The notes under the pieces were generated by a model, which was given only the letters and a program-made list of their open reading frames with translations, was not told the DNA's origin and ran no database searches. Of a stretch of 64,000 nucleotides of DNA, positions 33,316 through 47,831 are shown piece after piece (the first letter of the stretch is position 1; each line of letters starts with the position of its first letter). The translations under genes were made by a program, and so were the position numbers. The stretch is from NCBI GenBank assembly GCA_002245135.1, contig NGBS01000315.1, positions 1 to 64,000 of the forward strand. Direction: 5' to 3'. The DNA comes from Proteromonas lacertae (Eukaryota).

Positions 33316-36300
33316 TTGGTGAGTGATTGTTTATACAAAAACAAATTGTTAAGAATAAGAGAAGTGAATAATAATTCTCCTGAATTATTAAAGATATTGG
33401 ATGTAAGTGAATTAGATCCAAAAGTAGTTGATAAAGAGGTAAATACAATGAATAATTTGAATAGTTTGAATATAAATGGATTGATGAAGTGCAAAGTGAT
33501 TGAAAGAGATGAATATTGTTTATGTCGAATTATGAGAGAATATGAAACTCACTTAGATGTTATTGAACCTGTGAGTTATTTTGAAGAAATAGATTCATTC
33601 AAAGTTATGAATGGAATATAAAACCATCCAATATCTTTTTAAATGATGAAAATGAAGTTATAATAAACGATTATTGTAATAATTTGTTATTTATAGGAAG
33701 AGAAGGAATAAAAACTGATAATAAAAGAAATGATATATGTTTTGTTTGTATTGATGAATTATTAGGAAAAGAATTGGATATTTGTAGTGATATTTGGAAT
33801 TTTGGCATAGTGTTTTATTATATAAAGAGTGTTAAATATCCTTTTCTTGGTTCAAACATGTCCGAAACAATGAAGAATATCGAAAATGTGAAATATATTC
33901 CATTAGAATGTGAATATGGAGAAGAATTAAACTCGTTTTTAAGAGGAATAATTCAGAAAGAAAAGGAAGATCGAATATCAGTGGATGAAATAAACGATGA
34001 ATTGAAAAGTATATAATATGGTTATTATGATATTATATAATAGAATTAAATGAAGCACAACTTCCAGTAATTCCACTTGAAGAAGAAATAATTAATATTG
34101 ATGATCGAGATGTATTGATAGAATCCTACAATAATAAACCTAATGAGAGAACATTAGCAGTACTATTAATGATGAAATTATACAAAGAAGATGAATCAAT
34201 AAAAGATAAACTGAGATTTCAAACCAATAAATGATAGTTAATATTGATTGTGATGAGAATAATAAAAAAATAATCAAAATTGACTGGAGATGTATTTGTC
34301 TATGTGATGAAGGAATTGGATATTTCTTTAGAGTATTTAAATCAATTCCAATGAAAATCAGATTTTGGTATAATTCTAATCATATATTTGTTTAGATGAC
34401 ATTAAATTTCCAATCCATCTTCAATCATTATTTGGATCATATTTTACTCAATTGACTAATCTGCAATATTTAGATTTATCTGGATGTGAAATTACTTCTC
34501 ATTTTATTAAATCATTTGTTGAATCAATTCCATTTATGAAATAGAAATATGTAAATCTTCAACGTATATGTTATTCTTCTAGAATTTAATGATATAGATA
34601 ACCTAATTGGTTCAAAGGGATTTAGATTCTTACTTCCGTATTTATATATATTAATTAACAAAAAGAATGAATTGTATCTTAGTGGAATGAATTTAAATGA
34701 TCAATCAATGATATTATTATCATCAGCAATATTCAAATATTCAAATATTAATTCAATATGTATTAAAGGAAACAAAAACATTCATTCAAAAGGATTAAAA
34801 GCATTATTCTCCAAATTTTCTATTTCAAGAATCATATTTGATTTTGATAGAGGATGTAAGGAGTTACTGATTGATAAAGATATTCTTAAAGAAAGAAGAT
34901 ATTATACTGATGATTTTAGCAGAATGAATCTCAGTAATTCTGAAATTGATGATAATTATTTTAAACAATTCATTTCTGTTGGATTATATAAAATAATAGG
35001 AATTAAAGTGTTAGATTTGAGTAGTCTAATTTGATATTTTTCTATCATATAGATAATAAACTAACATATACAAGTGTAGAAATACTGATTAACAATTTAT
35101 CTTCTTTTTTTCAACTTCATCAACTGTACATTGATGGTAATGAAATAGGAGATGAAGGAATGAAAATACTATCTCCTCATTTACAGCTGTTAAAAGAGTT
35201 TTATATAGTAAATTGTTCAAGTATAAATAAAAGTGTATAATATGTAATAGAAATGGTCTTTTCTTCAATTGGATTAAAATATTTGTTAGATGGTTTGAAT
35301 AAAGTTCGAGGAAGGATAAAAGAACTTAATATAAGTGATAATCATATCAATTCAGATGGAATAGAATGTTTAATGAATTATATATCAAAGAACAGTTTTA
35401 TTAAAAAGTTCATCATTTTTAGTATATTTAGTTTTATATAATATTAGATAATCCCATTGGCAATAATGGATTTAAAATGCTAGTAAACTATTTAAATAAG
35501 TTAGAATTTGGATATGTAGTAGACTTGACTAGTATTTCAATAGACGAAGAGAGTTTAAAATTATTAACTGATGGAATAGAATATATTAGGGGAATTGATA
35601 GAATTAATCTAAACAAAAATAATATAATAATTAGTTATTATGAATTAAGATTAATATGCTCAAAGTCACTTAAGAATAGTAAAATTCCATTTGTGCAAAT
35701 GAATTCTTCATCATGGACAAATGAAGAATTGGGATATTATATAGATTATTGTATAAAAAAGAAAAAATGTAATAGTATTTATGATTATTCTAGTATGAAA
35801 TTTGTATTTCTAATGAAATAGATATGAATATCAATAATTCTCATATTTCATTAATAAAACAAATAGATTATTATAAACTTGATTTATCAAATAATGTAAT
35901 TGATTCTAAAGGATTAAAAGAATTAACCAGTTCTTTACGAAATAATGTAAAGTTCATTTCAATACATGATAATCCAATTGGAGATGAAGGAGTGAATATT
36001 ATATGTCAATATTTAGATAAATTTGTTTATGATGATTTATTGAATTTATCAAGTATTCTATAACTATATTTCATAATATTTATGATTTTAATAGATAGTG
36101 GAATGAGTGAAAATGGATTAAAAATGTTAATAGAAAGATTAAAAGATTATAAACCATTAGAAAATATGAATATATCAGGAAATGAATTAAATGAAGAAGG
36201 ATTGAGATTAATGAAAGAAAACAAAGAAGTATTTGAAGATTTATATAAATTATCTATAACAGTCAAGGAAAATATAAATAAAATAGATTTAATATCATTT

Positions 36301-36363
36301 TTAGAAACATTTTCTTCAGTTGATAAAATAAAATGGAATGGAATTTCAGAAGAAGAGAAGTAA
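33316..36363 (+). pseudogene. Pseudokinase-LRR paralogue, copy 2, disrupted
   Basis: Collinear with copy 1 in the LRR exons; frameshift near 33620, stops near 34232, TTG>TAG at 34542. Confidence 0.75.
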
Positions 36364-36424
36364 CTTAAAATAATAATAAAAACAAGACTTATAAATAATC
36401 ATATTATTATTATTTCTATAATTA

Positions 36425-39400
36425 TCAAAAATCATATAATCCAAAACTATCCTCAACACTATTTTCATTTTCATTTTTATTATTCATTAAATTCATCAAC
36501 TTTTTATCATCAAAATCATTTTCATTTACCACATTATTCATCACATCATTTTTCTTCTTCTTTGCTTTATTCTTCTTAAATGAAGGTAAACTAAATTCAT
36601 TATTTGGAGTAGTTTTATTATTTTCATTTTCATTTTCATTTTCATTCATTTCATTTTCATTCTTTTTAGTTCTATTATTGATTAATGGTAAATTCGTTTT
36701 TAGATTATTATTATTCATAGATTCTATATCTAATGGAGAATAACTTAAACTCTTCATATTCTCACTTTCATATGTATTTGGCCGATTATTATTATTATTA
36801 TTTACACTTTTATCAATTATTCTTCGACTTATAGGTCTACTTCTACTTTCATTACTTACTTCATTATACCGCAGATTATTAACGACTTTATTATTATTAT
36901 TATTAATTGGAGGATGAGGTAAATGAGGAGTAAAATTATTATTATTATAATTATTATGGCGTTTCTTTTCTTTAGTTTTAATTATTTTCATATTTATATC
37001 AGGTAATGGAACTACATTTCTCCAATTACTTTTGGGAATTATTGGAGGAATTATCCAATCTTCATTTTCTTCATCATATTTACTTTTACTCCATACATTT
37101 CCTAATTCATTTCGACTGATGAAATTTAAGATTATTTTATTATATAATAATGATTCTCGACTTAATTCTCGAATTGTTTCTAATAAATCTTGTCTTTCCA
37201 TCTCAAATTCTTCTTCTCGATCTTCAATATCTTGATTGGAAGCTTTTAATTGTCTTTTTAATCGTTTTATTTCGTCTTTTAATTCTTTTATTTCCTCTGC
37301 ATTCTCATTCTCTTTTGTATTATTGTTTTCTTTCTCAATTAGTTTCATTTTTTCTTTTTTCTTCTCTTCCAACAGTTTTTCTTGTTCTTTTCGCCTTTTA
37401 GCTAACTTATCTCTAGCTATTTTTACTTCAACACTTTCTACATTTTCATTTTCAATTATATTCGATTGTAATTGCTTCTTTAATAATTCTAATTGTTTTT
37501 CTAATTCTATTTTTGCTCTTTCTGCTTTTTCAAAATCTTCTTTTTGTTTATTTAATTCTTCACCTAATTTATCTCGTTGTCTCAATATTGCATTATTATA
37601 TTCTTCTAACGCTTTTTCTTTTTCACTTTTTTCTACGATTACTTCTTCTTCTTTTACTATTTCATTCACTTTACCAATTTCATTCACAATTAATCGTTTT
37701 TCGTTATTTCGTAATATATTACTCTTTCGAGGAGTATTATAGCTTGTTGATTTATCAAATGTATCTTCAAATGGATCATAGATTTCATCATTATTTACAT
37801 TTACATTATTATTATTAAAAGGAATCAAATCAGGTCGAGCTGATCGAGGATTTTCTTCTTCATCATCATCTTCTTCAATTATTTTACTTTTCATTAATCC
37901 TTTGATTGGAGATATCGCTAAATCAGATTTTCTTCTTTCATGTTGTTGTTGTTGATGATGATGATGAGAAGGAGTATGTCTATTATGATGTTGTTGTGAA
38001 TTGTTATTGTTATTTCTATTAGATATTGATATATCATCTTCACTATCACTAAAACTTCTTTCTCCTCTACAAATCTTCTTTGAGATTCTACGACATTTTA
38101 CACTGGTTGATTCTACTTCTAATAGTCCATTATTATTGGAAGTGTTACTACTGTTACTTGAATTATCACTTTCTATTGGAACTTCAACTTCTCTTACGAT
38201 TTCTTTTATTCTTTCAATTGGAACTTCTTTTACCACTTCTTTAATTACTTCTTTTATTATCACTTGAGGTTGATTATTACCATTATTCATTAATTGATCT
38301 AAAGGAATTCCATTATTTTGAGCTTCTAATAACTTCGTCAATCTTTCAATTTCATCTTTATATTGTCTCAATAATGCATCTTTTGGATCTTCATTGATTG
38401 TTGGTTTATTCTTTATATTCTTCGCTCTATTCGCATATCTCAACGTACTCAATGTTTCTTCATAATTATAATCAGCTGGACCTAAAGCAGCACACATTAT
38501 TGTCTTTGTATTTCCACCTAATGAATCTTGTAATAATCGAGTTAATTTACTATCTCTATAAGGAATATGCTTACCTTTACCAGCTACTAATGCAGAAATA
38601 ACATTACCAAGAGCAGATAGTGATAAATTGATTTTACAACCTTCTTTTAATCTATCACCTTGAGCTCCAGTTTTTGAAGCTCTTTCTGAACCAGCTAAAT
38701 CTACTAAATTCAATTTACCAGCATGAATGTGAGATCTTTTTTCATTGTTACTATTTCCATCATCACCAGTAATTGCTTCATCTTCTTCTTCACACTCTAT
38801 TACCATTGTAAAAATTGAATGACTTCGAGAAGATTCAGCGTTCATCAATGTTGAACCAACTGTACGATTTGCATTACCTATTGTCATAACATGATCAATT
38901 TCATCTTCATTCTTCACTATTTTCCATGTTAAATCTTTTACAAATACACCTTTTTGAGGATCTTCTTTTAAATCTAGTTTTGCTTTCGTATTTGTTCCTA
39001 ATAAATCTCGAACTTCTTCATTGTAAATTTCGATAAAAGAAGCTTGAACTAAATATTTTACATTACTAGGAGCTGCTTTGATTGTGTTAAATACATGTAC
39101 AAAGGAATTTGGAATAATTCCTCTCAGTTCAGGAGGTTCAGACTTTCCAACCATTGTATGAGTTTTACCACAGCCTGTTTGACCATAAGCAAAAATTGTA
39201 CCATTGAAACCTTTTATCACACTCTCTACTAACGGATAGGCTACTTCGTCATAAACCTGACGTTGTGTACTTTTATCATCATAAGCAGCATCAAATGTGA
39301 ATGATTTCGGTTCAAAATCTGGCTCGGCAGGATTTACTATAGCTACGCTACCAGCTTTATTATTTATTTGTAATATATTTTTTCTGTTATCTTCTTTCTC

Positions 39401-39457
39401 TCTTGAGTTCATGGGTCTAGCTCGAACTATAACTTTTACACATTCATTTTCACTCAT
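36425..39457 (-). CDS. Kinesin-2 family motor (KIF3/KIF17/OSM-3-like)
   Basis: [39 protein letters not shown]; kinesin-2 tail [14 protein letters not shown]...YDEENEDW. Confidence 0.9.
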   Translation of the reverse strand: MSENECVKVIVRARPMNSREKEDNRKNILQINNKAGSVAIVNPAEPDFEPKSFTFDAAYDDKSTQRQVYDEVAYPLVESVIKGFNGTIFAYGQTGCGKTHTMVGKSEPPELRGIIPNSFVHVFNTIKAAPSNVKYLVQASFIEIYNEEVRDLLGTNTKAKLDLKEDPQKGVFVKDLTWKIVKNEDEIDHVMTIGNANRTVGSTLMNAESSRSHSIFTMVIECEEEDEAITGDDGNSNNEKRSHIHAGKLNLVDLAGSERASKTGAQGDRLKEGCKINLSLSALGNVISALVAGKGKHIPYRDSKLTRLLQDSLGGNTKTIMCAALGPADYNYEETLSTLRYANRAKNIKNKPTINEDPKDALLRQYKDEIERLTKLLEAQNNGIPLDQLMNNGNNQPQVIIKEVIKEVVKEVPIERIKEIVREVEVPIESDNSSNSSNTSNNNGLLEVESTSVKCRRISKKICRGERSFSDSEDDISISNRNNNNNSQQHHNRHTPSHHHHQQQQHERRKSDLAISPIKGLMKSKIIEEDDDEEENPRSARPDLIPFNNNNVNVNNDEIYDPFEDTFDKSTSYNTPRKSNILRNNEKRLIVNEIGKVNEIVKEEEVIVEKSEKEKALEEYNNAILRQRDKLGEELNKQKEDFEKAERAKIELEKQLELLKKQLQSNIIENENVESVEVKIARDKLAKRRKEQEKLLEEKKKEKMKLIEKENNNTKENENAEEIKELKDEIKRLKRQLKASNQDIEDREEEFEMERQDLLETIRELSRESLLYNKIILNFISRNELGNVWSKSKYDEENEDWIIPPIIPKSNWRNVVPLPDINMKIIKTKEKKRHNNYNNNNFTPHLPHPPINNNNNKVVNNLRYNEVSNESRSRPISRRIIDKSVNNNNNNRPNTYESENMKSLSYSPLDIESMNNNNLKTNLPLINNRTKKNENEMNENENENENNKTTPNNEFSLPSFKKNKAKKKKNDVMNNVVNENDFDDKKLMNLMNNKNENENSVEDSFGLYDF

Positions 39458-39568
39458 TTTAAATATAATTTACAAAGCTTATCTATTCAAAAAAATTAAA
39501 TAAAAAAATAGAGAAACTGATAACGGATAGTTATTTATAAACTCATTTCTGTTTCATCGTTTTTCTTA

Positions 39569-40684
39569 ATGGCTACAACTAATGTGAAAGTAAAATGCAG
39601 TTTATTAAATAGTATTAGTGGTTATATAATGCTTTATTATTATAGAATCATCAGCTCCAAGCTATAGGGGTGGATCTTCAATTACTTGTGTATATTGAAT
39701 ATTGAATATATTATTATAGAATTATTCCATAGTATATCAGTTTGGTGGTGCAGATAGAAATGCAAAGGCATTTAATGATTTAAATTACTCAAATATAGGT
39801 ATATATTAATATTTGCATAGAGTAATGAATATAATATAGATGAAAATAAATGGAATTCAACACCAAGTTCATCGATACCAAAACCAAGAAGTGGTCATTC
39901 AATTAATACATATAAAAATTATCTCATAGTATTTGGAGGTTTATCTCAAGATGGAAATACATTCAATGATATATATGTATACAATTTAGATAAAAAAGAG
40001 TGGGTAAAAGCTGGAATAGTAGAAGATTCAGTTAATCAATCACCTTATCCTCGAAATTCACATTCATCTGTATTATTTAAAGACAAATTATTCATATTTG
40101 GTGGATCAAATGGTACTGAAGGTCCATTGAATGATTTATGGAATTTAGACTTGAGCAAAATAGATGAGAATGTATTAGAATGGAAGTGTTTATTTAAACC
40201 CAATGAATTATCATTTCCAGTAAGAGAAATGCATTCTTCGTGCATAATAAATGATGAAAATAATACAAGTTACCTTTTAATACATGGTGGAAGAACAATA
40301 AATGGAGAATTATTAAGTGATATATTATTGTATAATATTGAGAAGAATGAGTGGTTACCAAGGTTTTTAACGAGTTATCCAAGGTGTTCGCATGTTATAA
40401 ATAACTTTAGCAATCATTTAGCTGGTTTATTTGGTGGTTTAAATGACAAAATGGAAGTATGTAATGATGTTGAAGTATTAACTATTAAAGAAGGTAAATG
40501 TGTGTTTAATACGGTTGAATGTGTTGGTGAATTGCCAAATATTAGATTTGGACATTGTGGATGTAATTATAGAGAAAATGAGTTTTTGATTTTTGGAGGT
40601 ATTAATTTTGAAGAAGATTTAAATGTATTAATGTCTAGAATTATTGTTTTATAGGATTTGTGGAAGATTGAATTAGTTAAATGA
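39569..40684 (+). CDS. Kelch-repeat protein (multi-exon)
   Basis: PRSGHS, PRNSHS, FGG/HGG repeats, NDLW. Confidence 0.8.
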
Positions 40685-40792
40685 ACTTTATTTTACTTTT
40701 TTTGTTTTTATAGATGTTTGATTATTGTTTGAGCAAAATAGAATATAAAACATTTTAAATCATTTTCACATTACAGACAATCAAAAGGTAAT

Positions 40793-42825
40793 ATGAATGA
40801 AGCAGCAGAGTTATTCAATAAAAATGCTTTCGCTGATGCATTTAATAGTTTTAAAAGATTAGAAAGTGATAATGTAAACTCATATAGTGTTATTTTGTAT
40901 ATAGGAGAATTATAAAAGGTTGGAAGCATTCCATAATCGTGTAATATCAGAATATTACATGAATGGGGCAGTAGATCATCATACTCTAGTAAATCAAATT
41001 AAAGAAGTAATTGACAAAGTAGAAGCTGAAATATCACCAAAAGAAAAATCAGTATAATATAATTCTAATGTTTGTTAAATAGAATGATGCTCCAATCACC
41101 GATGTTTTGCTCAAAATTGGATTACCACTGATGAAATACAATTATGTATATTCTTTACCTTATAATCAACAGGCTGTTGCATTATTACAAGATAAATGCT
41201 ATCAATCAGGAATAACAGTTGTTAATGATTTATTGGACAATAGAGACAGTACAGCATCAGGTACTTCTGATATTAAATTACAATTGTTGATGTTATTATT
41301 CGAATTAGAATTAGCTGAAGCACAATGTTCATTATTTGAATCAGAAGTATAAAATATTTTGTTATTTTTTATATATTTTTTTATAATAGAAAATCAATTA
41401 TACAAACAAACTGAATGAAATATTCAGAAAAATTCAAGAAGAAGTGAAAAACAACAATACTATCACAGTGATAACATCTTCACCAGAATTTCAATTCAGA
41501 TTAAACCAAATGAATTCAAAACTATGTGAGTTTAATAATGATTATGAAAACTCCAAAATGTTCTTAAAGAATGGTATAGAGATCTATGAAAAAGAAATTC
41601 AATCAAATAATAATAATAGCAATAATAACAATTCAACAACATCAAAACCAACTTCATTATTAACTCATTGGCTTCCATTTATTAACAATAACAGTAATAT
41701 CTATCAATTAACTACTCTCTATTCCAAAGCTAAAATGAGTTATTTAAAAGGTAATTATATTAAATGTATTAACTTCCTCGAGTCATGTATGAAGATCAAC
41801 TTACCACCTCAATGTGTATATAACTCAATTGGAATGATACAATTCTTAAATAAGAAATATGGTTTGAGTTTATTCTTCTATAATAAAGCAATATTGAGTT
41901 TAAATAATAATAATTTATTAGAATGTTATAATAGTGAAATATACTATAACATGGGGTTATGTTATTTATATAATAGTCAACCAATTGAAAGCTTTAAATG
42001 TTTTTTACAATGTAGAAATCGATATATAAGTAGACCAAAATATTGGATTAGATTATCTGAATGCTGTATTGAGAAATATAATAAAGATAAGAAGAATAAA
42101 ATGGATAAAAATATGACATTAATCAGTAAGATAGTTGAAAACGAGAATTGTTTAAGATATTATTTGGAATGTATTAATAAAGACTTCAGTGACGAGAATT
42201 TCGATACTTCAAACAATATATCTTTAATGAGCGGTGTGCAATATCTATTTAATGCTTTGTTTTTAGTGAAACATAACTATATAATGGGATCAAGTAAAAT
42301 ACCATTTGATGTATCAAGAGTGTTGTATAATATTTATGCAAAATTAGCATATGTTTATACACGTATATAAATTATATAATTATGATTTTTAAATAGTATT
42401 AAATGATCCACAATCTTCATTAAAGTATTTAAAACAAGCTTGGGAAATCTCAGGATTATCAACCAATGAAAAGAGACCATTGATTAATTTATACATATCC
42501 AATTATATTTCATTAAATCAATTACAAGAAGCTGTTACATTTTTACAGACAATTAAAGTGGAGGATTATACGAATAGTAACTCTGCTTTGGATATATATG
42601 TCAATCTTGCTAATGTATATATTATATATTATTATATTATATATTATATAGTTGTACATATACAGCAATCAGTATGAAAATGCTAAATTTTATTTGAAGT
42701 TGATCTTTAATAAGGATAAACAGTATCTACCAGCTTTGAGAAGTTATTTATATTTGTTAATTTATGAAAAGAAGTATACTGATGCTATAACGATAATTAA
42801 AACTCATACAATTGAAAGTACATAG
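40793..42825 (+). CDS. CNOT10: CCR4-NOT subunit 10-like TPR protein
   Basis: IYYNMGL..L...QP.ESFKCF...RPKYWIRLSECCI matches the CNOT10 signature. Confidence 0.75.
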
Positions 42826-42950
42826 TAAATTGGATAATGATTTAAGAACTGTTATTATTATTATTATAAAATATCATTATATTGTTGTTTTGTTGAAATT
42901 TTTAAAATTTTAAAATTATAAAAATAGAGGGGTTTCAACAGTAACAAAAA

Positions 42951-44090
42951 ATGAAGATTTGTTTGATTTTCTGCTTATTCAGCTTAATATTTGGTGCTTC
43001 TTGCCCAGGTATGTGTAGTAACCATGGTACTTGTTCTAAATCAGGAACTTGTATTTGTTATGAAGGATATACTTTTGGTGATTGTTCTGGTAAAGTGTGC
43101 CCATATGGTAAAACATATGTAGAACCATCTGCTGATATAGATAATGCTAAAGATAAACACACTGACTTAGAATGTAGTGGTAAAGGTAATTGCAACAGAG
43201 AGAGTGGTTTATGTGAATGTTTTAATGGATTTGAAGGAAATGCTTGTCAGAGATTAAGTTGTCCAAACAGTTGTAGTGGTCATGGTTTGTGTGTTCCAGT
43301 AAGACATTTATCATTAGATAGTAACAGCGGATATAAAAGTATCTATGATAATATTGATAATGATAAAGTTAGATGGGATAAAGATCAAAGTTATGCTTGT
43401 GTTTGTGATGGTGAATATGAAGGATTTGACTGTAGTGAAAAGAAATGTCCAAAAGGATATAGTGCAACTAGTGATTGTGAAAGTTCATCAGAAGAATCAA
43501 CAATTACTGTTACAATACCTACTACTAATAAATTATTAACAGATGAATTAGTTTATTTAGAATATACTGATATGTATGGAAGAAAATGGTATAGTGATAA
43601 ATTTGATCCAACAATTGTTTCTGATTCAGGTAGTGATCATGGTTGGGATTATGCGTTAAAGAGACTTCCAGTGGGTGTAATTGATTATAATGGAGTTACA
43701 CCATCAAAAACTCCAACACTTGGTGATGGTGATTCAGTTACAATTACTTTTGGAAATCAACAAACAGGAAGACAATCTGGAATAAAAATAATAACATATA
43801 AAGATATTGAAAATGATAAAACTGCAAATAATTTATATCCAGGAGCAAATACACCATCAGGTTATCATGGAATGTCAATTGATGATTTAAAAATGAAATA
43901 TGATAAAACTGATATATCATCATTATATAATTCAGCAACAACAGTAGGATCTGCTTTTACTATCACTTCATCAGGTATTCCTCCAACAGTTTGTAGTGGA
44001 AATGGAAGCTGTGACACTGAAACAGGATTATGTCAATGCTTTGATGGATTCTATGGAAATGCTTGCAGTATGACAGAGAGTTCCATGTAA
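42951..44090 (+). CDS. Secreted EGF-like protein, mastigoneme/Sig1 type
   Basis: Signal peptide; CPxxCSxHGxC, ECSGKGNCNRESGLCECFNGFEGNACQR, WDKDQSYACVCD; C-terminal EGF. Confidence 0.8.
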   Translation: MKICLIFCLFSLIFGASCPGMCSNHGTCSKSGTCICYEGYTFGDCSGKVCPYGKTYVEPSADIDNAKDKHTDLECSGKGNCNRESGLCECFNGFEGNACQRLSCPNSCSGHGLCVPVRHLSLDSNSGYKSIYDNIDNDKVRWDKDQSYACVCDGEYEGFDCSEKKCPKGYSATSDCESSSEESTITVTIPTTNKLLTDELVYLEYTDMYGRKWYSDKFDPTIVSDSGSDHGWDYALKRLPVGVIDYNGVTPSKTPTLGDGDSVTITFGNQQTGRQSGIKIITYKDIENDKTANNLYPGANTPSGYHGMSIDDLKMKYDKTDISSLYNSATTVGSAFTITSSGIPPTVCSGNGSCDTETGLCQCFDGFYGNACSMTESSM

Positions 44091-44200
44091 TTTTTAATTA
44101 CTATATTCTTTTATATTATATCTATGTTTGTTGTAAGTTTTTCAATTTTTGAAAATATGACAGTTATATTGAAACGAATATAATTATTATAAAAATTGGA

Positions 44201-46289
44201 ATGAAAGTGATAGATTGTGAAATAGGAGAAGAAGGGTATTTTTTTATATTAATTTGCTTATAGATTGGCTAGGCAATTAGTAAATGAAGGATTAGGAGAT
44301 ATTAGAGTGAAAATTGGTGATAGAGAGGTAGTTAGCATTAAATCAATATTAATAAAAGGAAATAAGACATTCAAAAAACTGATAAATAGCAATAATTCAA
44401 ATGATGTTATTGAATTAGACAAAATAAGTGATGTAGAGACATTCCTACTTATTGAAAAGTTTTATGGTGGAGGATATATAGATATCAACAACAATAATGT
44501 ATGTAAAATTCTATCAGTGTGTTTAAACTACAATGAAATGAAAATCTTTGAGTTGTGTAAGAGATATATAAAAAATCATTTAAATGAAGAATTAATGATG
44601 AAATTATTTGAAATCAAACATTCAATAGACAGTAACAACATATTAGATTTAAATGACTTCTGTAAAGAGTATATCCAAGAAAACGGATATATTTTTATAA
44701 AGAAAAGTATAAGTAACACTTATTTATATCATATAGATGAATTACTATACAAATTATTTATAGATGATATTCAATTCATACTCAATATATTCAAAGTCCC
44801 AATGGATGATGAAACATACTTAACAACAAGACTAATAGAATGGTTTAATAATAGTGACAATTATTGTAATGAAGTAGAATTTGAAGATTTTATGATAAAT
44901 AGAATCAATTTTTATAGAGTTGATTGGAATGTATTTCCACAAAGTTTAATAGATGAAATAACTGAAATAAATATTAGTTTAAATACTAATGAGAAAAGTA
45001 ACTGTTTAGAATTAATAAAAGATAAAAGTTATTCAATAGAAGATATAAATGAGGATTATATAAAAGAAATTGTAAAGAAATATTATGATAATCAAGAGTT
45101 TATTAAACTGGAAGGAAATGAGATAAATCAATTGCAGAATATGAATATAAAAGGATCAATAGATATGTTATTAATAAGTGATGATATAAAGTTGAATGAA
45201 ATAGGAATAATCATAATAATTGATAGTAAAATTGTTATAAAAATATATCATTCAATAAAGATTAAGTTGATAAATAAACTAATAAAAGAATATAGAAATA
45301 ATGAAAGGAATAATAAACTGTTAATAATAAAATGTCTAAGTTTATTTATGAATGACAATTATTTAATTAATATTATTGACACATTATATGGGAAAATGTT
45401 ATTGGTAGAATTATATAAAAATAAGAAATTAATATCAAAAGAAAATAGAAAGAATTTAAAACATTACTTGAAGAAACACAAAATAAATAGAAGAGAGAAG
45501 AAATTGACTTATTTCTTTTATTCTAAGTCCAAATATTGTTTTATACCAAAACAAATATTTTCTATAAAACCGATTTGTGATGGAACAAAATGTAGATTTT
45601 CTATTACTCCAAAAATGGACAATAATTACTTTCATAAAATATCAATTAATGAAAAGACTGGTGTTATTGAAGGATATATCAACAAAGAAATAGAAAAGAA
45701 AGAATATACTGTTAGTTGTATAGATGAAAAGAATAAGAACAGCAAAATGAATTTTGTAGTAAATATAGAAACAAAAGAAATAAAATTCACCAAGAAAAAC
45801 AAATGTAAAAATATGAAAATTAATAGAAAAGGAAATATAATCACTAATATATCAAACTACTGGAACCATTGTTGGTTGAATATAAAACTAGAAAGTGGAA
45901 TATATAAAATCAAATTCAAATTTCATAAGAATAATAATGAGAAAGATGGAATGATGTTGGGATTATCAAATGATAATAATTATAATGGAAAAAACATATT
46001 TAACAATGAAAACACTTGTTGTTACTATGCTTGGAATGGTCAAAGTCGAAATACATTGAATCATATTGGAAAGACAGTGAATGAAAATCCAAATTTTCAT
46101 AATCATGAAGATGGTTCAGTTTATGAGATGATAATGGATATGAAACGAGGAGAATATTCCATTAAACACAATTGTGAGGATGAAATGTTGTTAGTTAGTG
46201 AGTTAAAATGCCCATTGTATGTATTTGTTTGTATTAGTGGAAGTGGCAATAGAATGGAATTATTGAGTGTGTCAAATGAAGATTTATGA
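44201..46289 (+). CDS. BTB-like protein with Ig-like and SPRY-like C-terminal regions
   Basis: Intron 44236-44263; ETFLLIEKFYGGGYIDINNNNVCKIL (BTB-like); ISINEKTGVIEG; EDGSVYEMIMDMKRGEYSI (SPRY-like). Confidence 0.6.
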
Positions 46290-46497
46290 AATAAAAATGC
46301 AGATAGAAAGAGATAATTAATTAATCATATTTATAACTTCACATTTTCTGTCAATAATCAATTGCATTTGAAAAATCACTTTCAAAAATGTCACAATATC
46401 CTATAAAATCAAAAGAATATCAATAGCTTATTAAAAAATGAAGGTTGCTAAAATTTCAGTTACACTGAATCATTGTTTCTCAAAATAAAACTACCTA

Positions 46498-47638
46498 ATG
46501 CTCTACACCTGTAAGTGTAAAAACTACGTTGTTGACATCTCTAAGGTATTAATAGCTTATCTATGGTTGCAATAGTCCTATGGAGTTGAGTTACTTCAAT
46601 CAAAGTTATCAGAGATGGACTATCATTTAATAGTATTTTTAATATTTATTATTTTCAATTAGATGGAAGCAATCAATTATCCTCCTTTAGCCACTTCCAA
46701 TTTTAGTTATTGTGAAATCGGTATGTGTATGTCTTTTAAAGTGAAATCTCTTTGTTTCAAGAAGGAAAATGACTGTATTCTAATGTTATTTTACTGATTC
46801 AATAGATTATAAGACCTTCATCTGTTCAAATTGTGGTACTGTGTGTTATTTAGAAATAAATAGTGATAAGCCTTACTATCTTATGAATATGAAAGAGTTA
46901 ATCGAAAAGAACAAAATAGATTCAAGCAAATTATCAGAATCCTTTGACATTATCCTTTATAAAGAACCTTCCCATGAAGTTAAAGTCCAAATTGATCCTC
47001 ACTTAGAAGATATTCGTGAGGAATACTTACGTAAAGAGAAAGAAGCCATGGAAAACAGAATTAGAATATACGTTGAACAGCAGGAGTATTTATACCGTCA
47101 AAAAATGGAACAATCGAAGAAAGATTTGGATTTATTAACCTCTCAGTTGAGTTATGACAGATCATCGTTTATTAGAACAGTATCTGATGTAACTGATGCA
47201 AGTATTAAGAGTGAAATATATTGTATATATTTATTATATATATATATATATATTTATTTAATAGTAAATAACATGAATATTACACCAATTCACATTTCTC
47301 GACCATTAACTGAAAAGAAGAAGACTTCAGTAATGTCATCCTCATTAGCAACAACAACAGGATATTCTAATAGAAATAAAGAAATACAACAACAAAAGGA
47401 TAATAGTGGTAGAATAAGATCTCAGTCTTTACCTGAAGCTATATTTTCTAAAGTGAATGAAAGACATTATCTACCAGCTGCTGTGTTTGGATTAGATGAA
47501 TCTGATTTAAGTGAGACGGAATCTGATAATTCCGATTATGATGAAGATGATGATGAAGATGAGAATGAGGAAGTAAATGAAGAGAATGAGAAGAAAGTAT
47601 GTTCATTGAATATAGAGCCAGATGTAGTTTCGTTGTAA
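46498..47638 (+). CDS. Hypothetical protein (multi-exon, acidic C-terminus)
   Basis: Protein-like frames separated by short GT-AG introns. Confidence 0.45.
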
Positions 47639-47831
47639 ATAACATTTATCAATCGTAAAAATGACTTTTGTTTAGAATGTGTGTAGATAACAAACAGTTT
47701 GTTATTATTATATTAGATTTGTTAGATTTTTGTAATATATCTTTTCTAATACTCATTTTGTGTCATATTTGGGTGAATGTTTTTTTTTTTTAACAAATGA
47801 ATTTATAGAATAAAAATGTAATGAATTTAAA

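Noticed and set aside
37032..38601. Plus-strand ORFs opposite the kinesin (and similar antisense ORFs elsewhere)
   Set aside because: Phe/Leu/Ser/Ile-rich shadows of AT-rich coding strands
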